Of a DNA stretch of 64,000 nucleotides, positions 39,078 to 46,594 are shown in pieces. The first letter of the stretch is position 1; each line of letters begins with the position of its first letter. Source of the stretch: an uncultured Candidatus Saccharibacteria bacterium (lineage in GTDB: Bacteria > Patescibacteriota > Minisyncoccia > Phycocordibacterales > UBA5272); assembly GCA_964544935.1 (NCBI GenBank), contig CAZJDZ010000003.1, forward strand, positions 24,568 to 88,567. Direction: 5' to 3'. A program made the position numbers and the translations under genes. The notes under the pieces were generated by a model, which searched no databases, was not told the origin of the DNA, and worked only from the letters and a program-made list of their open reading frames with translations.

Positions 39078-40022
39078 TTACCCTTCTTGTCGCAATGTAA
39101 GAGAAATTCTCTCTTCTGTAATATTTTGAACACCATGCACGGGGCGGATATTTTCATGATTAAATCCTGGTGCCCTCATGAAAAGAATGTCACCTGGTTT
39201 TGTGGTAACAATATTTTTATCATCACCTTCTCGGTTAGATGTTACATAGAATTCTCCTTCACCTTCTATGACACAGATAATGATTATATTTTTAAATCTA
39301 CTTTCGTCTTTGTGTGGGCTGATTCCGGTTAAATGTATTGGGTAGACTTGCGCTGAGATTTCATTAAAGGAAAGAGGGGTAGGGAATAGGTTAGGATGTG
39401 TAGAATTTGTCTTTGTCAGAAGTTGTTCTAATTCACCAGAAAGTTTCCAGAGAATTGATTCTTTTGAAAAGTCTCTAAAGTAACTGAAATTTTGCTCGAC
39501 ATCATATGGTCCTGAATATGTTTCAGCATTGTGAAAAGGAAGGTTGGTTAACTCTTCTTTAATACGAGAAAGTGTATCCTTTGAAAGAAGATGCAACTTT
39601 GCTACACCATCTTTCTTTATTGTTTCTATAAGCTGGTCACTTTCATGCTGCTGTACAGGAAGAAGAAATGCTTTTTCTTGCGATCTTCGTATAATGACCC
39701 CAGGTAAACCAATATCAAACGCATCAAGTTTCTTAATGCTCACTTCACAAGCTTGTATATCTTTATGTTTAAGAATACATGTTGAAATATCTTCCGCTAA
39801 AGATTCTACAAGGTTATGATGTTCACCTTCAATAATTTCTTGTACGGATTCTTGTATTTTTTTGTAATCAATCGTGTGAAAGAGGTTGTCACTCTTGCCT
39901 GCCTTTTGTGTTTCGGTATCCATTTTCAATTCAACCAAGAAACGTTGTGGAGTGATATGCTCTTGTTCGTAGACACCATGAACTCCAGAGTAAATGAGAT
40001 TTTCTATGATAATTGTATCCAT
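39078..40022 (-). CDS. folB: dihydroneopterin aldolase fused to a 2OG-Fe(II) oxygenase domain
   Basis: N-half HGVY-x-x-E...Q-x-F...TIDY...LVESLAE...K; C-half PHKD...H-GV...RISLTLR. Confidence 0.8.
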   Translation of the reverse strand: MDTIIIENLIYSGVHGVYEQEHITPQRFLVELKMDTETQKAGKSDNLFHTIDYKKIQESVQEIIEGEHHNLVESLAEDISTCILKHKDIQACEVSIKKLDAFDIGLPGVIIRRSQEKAFLLPVQQHESDQLIETIKKDGVAKLHLLSKDTLSRIKEELTNLPFHNAETYSGPYDVEQNFSYFRDFSKESILWKLSGELEQLLTKTNSTHPNLFPTPLSFNEISAQVYPIHLTGISPHKDESRFKNIIIICVIEGEGEFYVTSNREGDDKNIVTTKPGDILFMRAPGFNHENIRPVHGVQNITEERISLTLRQEG

Positions 40023-40161
40023 ACTAAATTAAGGCATTAGGCCAATAATGTTGTGTAAGTATAGATAGGGTTAGATCATAGGTGTATGAATATTGAATTA
40101 TATAGTTGAGTGTATAAAGAGATGAACCAGTTGTCAAAATAAAGTAGCTTGCCAATACCCA

Positions 40162-40962
40162 TTATTTCTTTGGTGGTAGTGGAATAAATGCACTTGTCTT
40201 TTGCTTGTACTCTTCCCACTCACTATTTCCTTCCCATTTTTTCTCGAGCATCGGAATTCCAGAAACATAGAGTAGTAGATAGGTAATTAGGAAAGGTGAG
40301 AGTAGTACTGCGTATGACGCACCGGATGCAAGTGCTATGAAACTAAGGCCGAACCACATAGTTGATTCGCCAAAATAATTTGGATGGCGTGTATATTTCC
40401 AAAGACCAGTCTTCATGATTGTCCCTTTGTGAGTACTTTTACTTTTGATAAATCTATCAAGCTGCTTGTCTCCTGTTGCTTCAAAGAAGAAACCAATAAA
40501 CCAAACCACTAGACCAAAAAGAAGAGTGTGTGTGCCTGCTCCTTGAGCACTTAAGCTTAGTGTAAAAGGAAGGAGTACTATACTGATAATCAATCCTTGA
40601 AGAATAAATATTTGGAGATAGGTACGAGCAAGGTAGTATTTGTAGCCTTTACGCATCCACGTATTCCTCCATGTTGCATATCTAAAATCTTCTGGCTTCC
40701 CTTTGTTTTTGTTATAAATTCTCGTTGCCAAGCGTGTTCCCCATAGTGTGATGAGGGTAAAAATAATAATTGAATACGGAGTAAGAGGGAGGGGGCTGAA
40801 TTTATTCATAAGAATAATACTTACAATAATAAATCCAAGCCCATACGCAATATCAATAATACTGTTATTCTTTTTTACTTGTGCGATAAAAAAGAGGACA
40901 GTTGTATATCCAAGAGTAATAATGAGAGAAAAGATGTAGAGAGCAATAGTGAGAACTGTCAT
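40162..40962 (-). CDS. DUF1295 (steroid 5-alpha-reductase-like) membrane protein
   Basis: EDFRY, E-x-x-GD-x-QL, GLWKYTRHPNYFGE, TS-x-FIP. Confidence 0.9.
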   Translation of the reverse strand: MTVLTIALYIFSLIITLGYTTVLFFIAQVKKNNSIIDIAYGLGFIIVSIILMNKFSPLPLTPYSIIIFTLITLWGTRLATRIYNKNKGKPEDFRYATWRNTWMRKGYKYYLARTYLQIFILQGLIISIVLLPFTLSLSAQGAGTHTLLFGLVVWFIGFFFEATGDKQLDRFIKSKSTHKGTIMKTGLWKYTRHPNYFGESTMWFGLSFIALASGASYAVLLSPFLITYLLLYVSGIPMLEKKWEGNSEWEEYKQKTSAFIPLPPKK

Positions 40963-41153
40963 AAGAAAAAGTATACCAGAGGGGAAGAAGGGGGTGTTGA
41001 TAGGAAAAATAAAATGCCTTGAAGTTGCTTCTAAGTGAGTAACTTCACCTGATGTGTATTCTCTCTATCCAAACAATAGTAGAAAACAGGATATATAAGG
41101 CTTTAATCATGCTAAAAGGCCTTTAAAAACAAGCAAATAAAGGGGAAAATAGA

Positions 41154-41182
41154 TTGACAAACTAGTATAAATATGCTATGAT
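41154..41182 (+). promoter_or_regulatory. sigma70-type promoter
   Basis: TTGACA-17 nt-TATGAT with extended TG. Confidence 0.7.
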
Positions 41183-41260
41183 ATATACATCATAAACCTC
41201 GAGCCAAACTTGATTTGGCCAGTAGGTCAATGAAGCTTGCTCTTTTACAGGAGAACAGAA

Positions 41261-41737
41261 ATGCGCGCGTCAAATTTCAAGCAGTTCAAGAAGGGTCTGC
41301 AACGCCAGATCGTCAATTTCTCGATCGAAGCCGACAGAGATGTTGGTGACGATGAGTTCGAACCCCCAATCTATCGCCATTCGGCGGCAGAAATTCTGGT
41401 CTGGATCCTCGACAAGAAGGGGGTCACACTGCGTAACCACCAACTCGTCGAAGCGTGGAGGTCCATCGTCAGCAAGTGCTGGAACCTGGTGGACTTCACA
41501 TCTTTTGGCGAGAACGATGCTTTGCGCATCCTTTCGGAAATTAACCACTGGATGAAGCGGTCACCTCGCATCACTGCACAGGTGAGGCGCACAGACCGAC
41601 GTGGTAAGCGCAATGCCAACAACCAGTTTTGGAATGGGCAATTGCTTCGCCCTGAAGCACGGGTCATGTCTGATACGAACGGGCACACTGTTGTTGTTCC
41701 TCGTGTCACCAGAATTCGCCGAGTTGCTACGGCTTGA
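41261..41737 (+). CDS. hypothetical protein (SD-led, GC-richer orphan)
   Basis: AGGAGA SD 6 nt before ATG 41261; Arg-rich C-terminus. Confidence 0.6.
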   Translation: MRASNFKQFKKGLQRQIVNFSIEADRDVGDDEFEPPIYRHSAAEILVWILDKKGVTLRNHQLVEAWRSIVSKCWNLVDFTSFGENDALRILSEINHWMKRSPRITAQVRRTDRRGKRNANNQFWNGQLLRPEARVMSDTNGHTVVVPRVTRIRRVATA

Positions 41738-41771
41738 AGGAAGTAACACAAAACTGCTAAGGAGATCGTCA

Positions 41772-42191
41772 ATGAACATGATTCGTTCCAAGTTACAGAC
41801 AACTATTATCCCTCCCTCGGAGATCTATTTTCCAAAAGACACACTGCCACTCATGGATACATTGGGTGTAAGTGAGTATGAGGAAGTGGCTGCCAACTTC
41901 GTGGCATGCAGCCAAGATACTGGCGAGCACGGTGGTTGGATTGCTTTTGTCTATCCATGTCGCCGTGAAGATTCTTCTATCTTCATGTCGATGGTTGAGG
42001 TGGGTCTCCTCAATGAACAACAGGTTGAAGATGGTTGGCTGTACGAGCTGAGCCATGTTGCAATTGAGACAATCTATATGCGTCAGACGAAGTCTCGTAT
42101 CAGAAATCTCGAAGAGGAACTCTGTCGTATGCAAAGGATTACTTTTGGTCAGTATCTCAGCAGATGGTTCAAGGGCCTCATTCCTGCCTGA
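41772..42191 (+). CDS. hypothetical protein (SD-led orphan, possible winged helix)
   Basis: AAGGAG SD before ATG 41772; followed by a terminator hairpin at ~42197-42238. Confidence 0.6.
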   Translation: MNMIRSKLQTTIIPPSEIYFPKDTLPLMDTLGVSEYEEVAANFVACSQDTGEHGGWIAFVYPCRREDSSIFMSMVEVGLLNEQQVEDGWLYELSHVAIETIYMRQTKSRIRNLEEELCRMQRITFGQYLSRWFKGLIPA

Positions 42192-42544
42192 ACATCGCCC
42201 CGTCAACGGAAGCACCGTTTCGACGGGGCTTTCTTTTTGCTTATAATACAAAATAGTGTGGTCGGAACCGCGAGTACGTTCCCGATTTCTTAGATTGCTC
42301 CCGACTTTTTAAGCTGTACTCAGCTTGTTAAAGTCGCAGTCCTGGTGAGGGTAGTCAACTAAAGATTTCGCGACCCTGTATTCGAGCGCCTCACGGTGTG
42401 ATTTGCTAATCATCCGCACGAACATGACGCATGAGGTGAGCGGAATCGGTCACAAATCTGCCTCGCTTTGCTCGAAGCAGATTCCCGACCCGCATTCGAT
42501 TCCGCCGAAAGCCAAGCAGTTGGCTTTCTCCTATTCCTCACAGT

Positions 42545-42586
42545 CAATAAAAAAAACCAAGACAAGAAGTCTTGGTTTTTTTATTG
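42545..42586. terminator. bidirectional terminator downstream of tmRNA
   Basis: CAATAAAAAAAACCAAGAC-aagaa-GTCTTGGTTTTTTTATTG. Confidence 0.8.
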
Positions 42587-42589
42587 ATG

Positions 42590-42978
42590 TGGAGGTGGGC
42601 GGAATCGAACCGCCGTGTAACAAGGTATGAGGCATGCGTCTACTGTGTGTAGTTTGCTTAAAGATGTTCACATTCATTATCAAGAGCAAACGAAAGCAAT
42701 GAATGTAGAGCATGTTTATTTCGGGTATGTTGCTATGCAACAACATACCCTACGTCTGCTGTTATATTGCCGTTACTTTTTCCGCAGATACGAAAGAGTA
42801 CGACACCAGATCGGCCTAAATTTAGGCGAATGCTGGAACTAGACCAAACGCGTATGGCGATGGAATAGCCTTGCCAGTTGTTTTTGCAACATGGTTACCT
42901 GAAAGGGCACGAGTTCTCAGGTGATCTCGACACAGCACATACAACATATTCTTATTATCGAATCCATAGAACACCCCC
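42590..42978 (-). ncRNA. ssrA: tmRNA; predicted tag (A)GKAIPSPYAFGLVPAFA*
   Basis: 5' GGGGGTG...GGATTCGA and 3' GGCGGTTCGATTCCGCCCACCTCCA with a G3.U70 pair; adjacent to smpB; tag frame after AACAACT. Confidence 0.93.
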
Positions 42979-43067
42979 ATATGGACAGCTAGTAGTAGAT
43001 AGCTTTCAGCTTGTAGCTTTTGGGTCCGTTTGTATTTGACCCATAGCTACAATCTACAGGCTACGAG

Positions 43068-43502
43068 CTAATCGCTAGCTCGCAGTTCTCTACGAGATAT
43101 GTCTTTTTTAATGTCTTCTCGTTTGTCGCGAGTGCTTTTCTTTTTACAGAACGCAATCTCACACTTGATGAGATTATTCTTAAGATACAGTGAATGAGGT
43201 GCAAGTGTCAAGGATTTCGCTTGCTCAATAGTATAGAGATCAAAAAGCTCTTCTTTGTTAAGGAGGAGTCTGCGGGTCCTGTAGGGGTCATAGCTTTTTG
43301 GAGTATTACTTGCTTGATACGGAGGAATATATGACCCAACAAGAAATGCTTCACCTCCGCGGACGATTACTTTTGCGCCTTCAAGTGAACCAAGTTTCTT
43401 GCGAAGCGCTTTTACTTCGAAACCAAAAAGCTCAATACCTGCTTCTTTGGCATTTGTGATGACATACGTGAGATGGAGTTTTTTGCTTTCAACAAGTCGC
43501 AT
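43068..43502 (-). CDS. smpB: SsrA-binding protein
   Basis: EAGIEL-x-G-x-EVK, YDP-x-R-x-RRLLL-x-K-x-E, DKRE. Confidence 0.93.
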   Translation of the reverse strand: MRLVESKKLHLTYVITNAKEAGIELFGFEVKALRKKLGSLEGAKVIVRGGEAFLVGSYIPPYQASNTPKSYDPYRTRRLLLNKEELFDLYTIEQAKSLTLAPHSLYLKNNLIKCEIAFCKKKSTRDKREDIKKDISRRELRASD

Positions 43503-43617
43503 ACAAGAGAAAATAGAAGATAGAGTAGAGAATGTAGAAAAATACTTTATATTTAAACACCTTTCTATCTTCTTTTTTCTATACTCTTCTTATTCTAGCA
43601 TATGGTAGAATGGTCAG

Positions 43618-45525
43618 ATGAAAAAGATGAAATTACCAACTATTGGAAGAAATAATAACAAGCAGTCCTCTCAAGGGAGTGATATAAAGTCTGAGAAAAA
43701 GCCAGCAAGCTTCTCACAGCAATTAACTGGAGCGCTTATCATTCTCATGTTCCTCACATGGGGTTATTCGATTGTTTCTGGGAAGAAAGAAACATCGATG
43801 GTTCCGCTTTCAGAATTTGCAGCACTCATCAATGCAGAGCAGATTGTCTCAGTTACAGTAGAAGGGGATTCTTTGACTGGAGAAAAAATCGATAAAACAA
43901 AAATAACAAGTAAGAAAGAATCTGGTGCCTCAGTGTTCTCAACACTTGCTGCATACGGAGTAAGTACAACAACACTTGCAACAACAACTATTACGATTAG
44001 TAATGATAGAGGACTTTCATTCTGGGGGTCGCTTATTCCGATTGTGCTCCCGATACTTTTCCTCGCATTCATGATTTGGTGGCTTGGTCGTGGTATCAAA
44101 GGTGCTAATGTGCAAGCACTTTCCTTTGGCCAGTCTCGAGCAAAGATTATTTACCCAGATGACACAAAAGAAAAAGTAACCTTCAAAGATGTTGCTGGAG
44201 CAAAAGAAGCAAAGGAAGAGCTTGCAGAAATTGTTGAGTTCCTCCGTGCTCCAAAGAAGTTTACTGATATCGGCGCACAGATTCCAAAAGGAGTGCTCTT
44301 GATGGGTGCACCAGGAACAGGGAAGACTATGCTTGCCAGAGCTGTAGCAGGTGAGGCAGGGGTGCCGTTCTTCCACTTGTCGGGGTCAGAGTTTGAAGAA
44401 ATGTTCGTAGGAGTTGGAGCATCTCGTGTGCGTGATCTTTTTGATATGGCAAAGAAGGCTGCACCTGCAATTATTTTCATTGATGAAATTGACGCAGTAG
44501 GAAGAACTCGCGCTACATCTATCAGTGGGCAAGGAGAAGGCCGTGAGCAGACACTCAATCAGATTCTTGTGGAGATGGATGGATTTGAGCCAACAATGAA
44601 TCTCATTGTTATGGCTGCAACCAATAGACCAGATGTACTTGATAAGGCACTTCTTCGACCTGGGAGATTCGATCGTCGTGTGACACTTGATCTTCCTGAC
44701 AGAGCTGATCGCGAAGCGATTCTCTCCGTACACGTGAAGACTAAGCCACTTGCAGAAGATGTTAATCTCCGTGTCATCGCAGAGCGTACTCCTGGGTTCT
44801 CTGGTGCTGATCTCTACTCACTCATGAATGAAAGTGCTATCTTGGCTGCTCGTGAAGAACGTAAGACTGTAGCACAGTACGACCTCATCCGCTCTATTGA
44901 AAAGGTGATGCTCGGTCCTGAACGAAAGAGTCATGTGCTTTCACCAAAAGAAAAGAAAATCACTGCTTATCACGAAGCAGGTCACGCTCTTGTTGCATCA
45001 TGTTTAGCAGACGCTGATCCGGTGCACAAGATTTCTATTATTGCTCGTGGTTCTGCAGGAGGGTACACGCTCAAACTTCCTCTTGATGAGAGACGGCTTA
45101 TGAGTCGGGCGACATTCTTGGATGACATCGCTATGTCACTTGGTGGATATGTTGCAGAAAAAGAAGTTTTTGGTGATATCACTACAGGTCCATCAAATGA
45201 TCTTGAAGTTGCGACAGGTATGGCTCGTCAGATGGTGATGCGTTACGGTATGAGTACTCTTGGTCCAGTTGCCTTCCTTCCAGAGAATGGAAATATTTCT
45301 GGAAAAGAATACAGTGAAGTCTATGGAGAAAAGATTGATGATGAAGTAAAGCGTATAATGGATGAAGCATGGAATCGTGCGCGTATCATTATCATAGAAA
45401 AACGTCAGGCGCTGATGTCAATTGCAGAAGAACTCATGCGTGTTGAAAATATCGAACGAGAGGATTTTGAAAAGCTACTTATTCTTAATGGTATAGAACC
45501 AAAAAAACGAGAGGAAATTATTTAG
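43618..45525 (+). CDS. ftsH: ATP-dependent zinc metalloprotease FtsH
   Basis: two TM helices, [28 protein letters not shown]. Confidence 0.98.
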   Translation: MKKMKLPTIGRNNNKQSSQGSDIKSEKKPASFSQQLTGALIILMFLTWGYSIVSGKKETSMVPLSEFAALINAEQIVSVTVEGDSLTGEKIDKTKITSKKESGASVFSTLAAYGVSTTTLATTTITISNDRGLSFWGSLIPIVLPILFLAFMIWWLGRGIKGANVQALSFGQSRAKIIYPDDTKEKVTFKDVAGAKEAKEELAEIVEFLRAPKKFTDIGAQIPKGVLLMGAPGTGKTMLARAVAGEAGVPFFHLSGSEFEEMFVGVGASRVRDLFDMAKKAAPAIIFIDEIDAVGRTRATSISGQGEGREQTLNQILVEMDGFEPTMNLIVMAATNRPDVLDKALLRPGRFDRRVTLDLPDRADREAILSVHVKTKPLAEDVNLRVIAERTPGFSGADLYSLMNESAILAAREERKTVAQYDLIRSIEKVMLGPERKSHVLSPKEKKITAYHEAGHALVASCLADADPVHKISIIARGSAGGYTLKLPLDERRLMSRATFLDDIAMSLGGYVAEKEVFGDITTGPSNDLEVATGMARQMVMRYGMSTLGPVAFLPENGNISGKEYSEVYGEKIDDEVKRIMDEAWNRARIIIIEKRQALMSIAEELMRVENIEREDFEKLLILNGIEPKKREEII

Positions 45526-45669
45526 AAATAATTTAATCAAAGAGTGGCCGTACGGCCGCTCTTTGATTTGGTGGTATTAGTATTGCAGTAATACAAAAAG
45601 TTTACAATCAGAAGACAAAAATGATAGTGTAAGAAAGTTACTTGTTCTTTGTTTACAAAGGGAACAGAT

Positions 45670-46260
45670 ATGAAACCTTCTCAAGAAATCAAAGCATGTA
45701 TTTTAGTTGGTGCAGACAAAGTTGCGATTGCAAGACTTGTCCCACGCCTTGTTATGAGTGTCCCTGGTTATAAGGCGAATCAAAAGTACATTGGACGAGT
45801 CGCATCATTGTGTGATACTGCTACGCTCATCGCATACGCTCGCGCAACAGCGGCTAGGGTGAAGTTTTTTGTGATTGTGCACGAATCTTTAGCTGAAATA
45901 CAAAGGAACAAAATATCTCTTGATGCGAACGCAATGAGTAGACAGCATGAGTTTTTTCCATTGTGTACACCTGGTGCCAACTGGCAAACATTTCTATATC
46001 ACCCAGACACGTCGCAAGGGAAGATGTATGTTTGGGAAAAATATGTCCAGTCTGGGTGGACTCTCGGCGATCCTAGAAATGGAGTGGATGTAGCTTGTAA
46101 ATGGTTTTCATTTGTCACTAGTACAGAAGATACCCTACTGGTGACAGAGAGCAAAGAAGTTGTAAGTCTTCCTGACATGTATCCAGGACATATTCAGGAG
46201 CTTTCAGAAACGGTTATCAGGGCTCGACTTCAAGAGTTCTATATGGGTAAACATGCATAA
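45670..46260 (+). CDS. hypothetical protein
   Basis: ORF bounded by two terminator hairpins; ATG 45670. Confidence 0.55.
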   Translation: MKPSQEIKACILVGADKVAIARLVPRLVMSVPGYKANQKYIGRVASLCDTATLIAYARATAARVKFFVIVHESLAEIQRNKISLDANAMSRQHEFFPLCTPGANWQTFLYHPDTSQGKMYVWEKYVQSGWTLGDPRNGVDVACKWFSFVTSTEDTLLVTESKEVVSLPDMYPGHIQELSETVIRARLQEFYMGKHA

Positions 46261-46408
46261 AAGATTGGTTTAGAAACACCAAAAAGCGGCCGTACGGCCG
46301 CTTTTTTACAATCAATTATATTTTGGTGCATTTACATGGACTAAGAATCTATTGTCCAGCCGTGCATACTGACCGTATTAAAACTGCTCTCAAAGAAAAT
46401 GTTCTAAG

Positions 46409-46481
46409 TGCGCCCACCTGGACTCGAACCAGGGACCAGTCGTGTATAAGACGACGGCTCTACCAACTGAGCTATGGGCGC
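46409..46481 (-). tRNA. tRNA-Ile (anticodon UAU)
   Basis: GCGCCCA acceptor stem, AGCTCAGTTGGTAGAGC D-arm, GTCGT-CT-TAT-AC-ACGAC anticodon arm, GGTTCGAGTCC T-arm; CCA not encoded. Confidence 0.92.
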
Positions 46482-46594
46482 ACTTAATCCATTTTCTTTT
46501 CGCTTGTTTTAATAAGACGACACCTCTACCAACTGCGGCATATGACGCAATTGGGTGCGTAAACTATAGCAAAAATCAGGAGATTTTTCCACCT

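Noticed and set aside
41237-42191. Prophage or integrative element
   Set aside because: No integrase, terminase, capsid or replication gene; only two orphans and a possible att remnant.
42403-42842. Short ORFs 42403-42630, 42531-42746 and 42627-42842
   Set aside because: They overlap tmRNA and its terminator and have no protein-like features.
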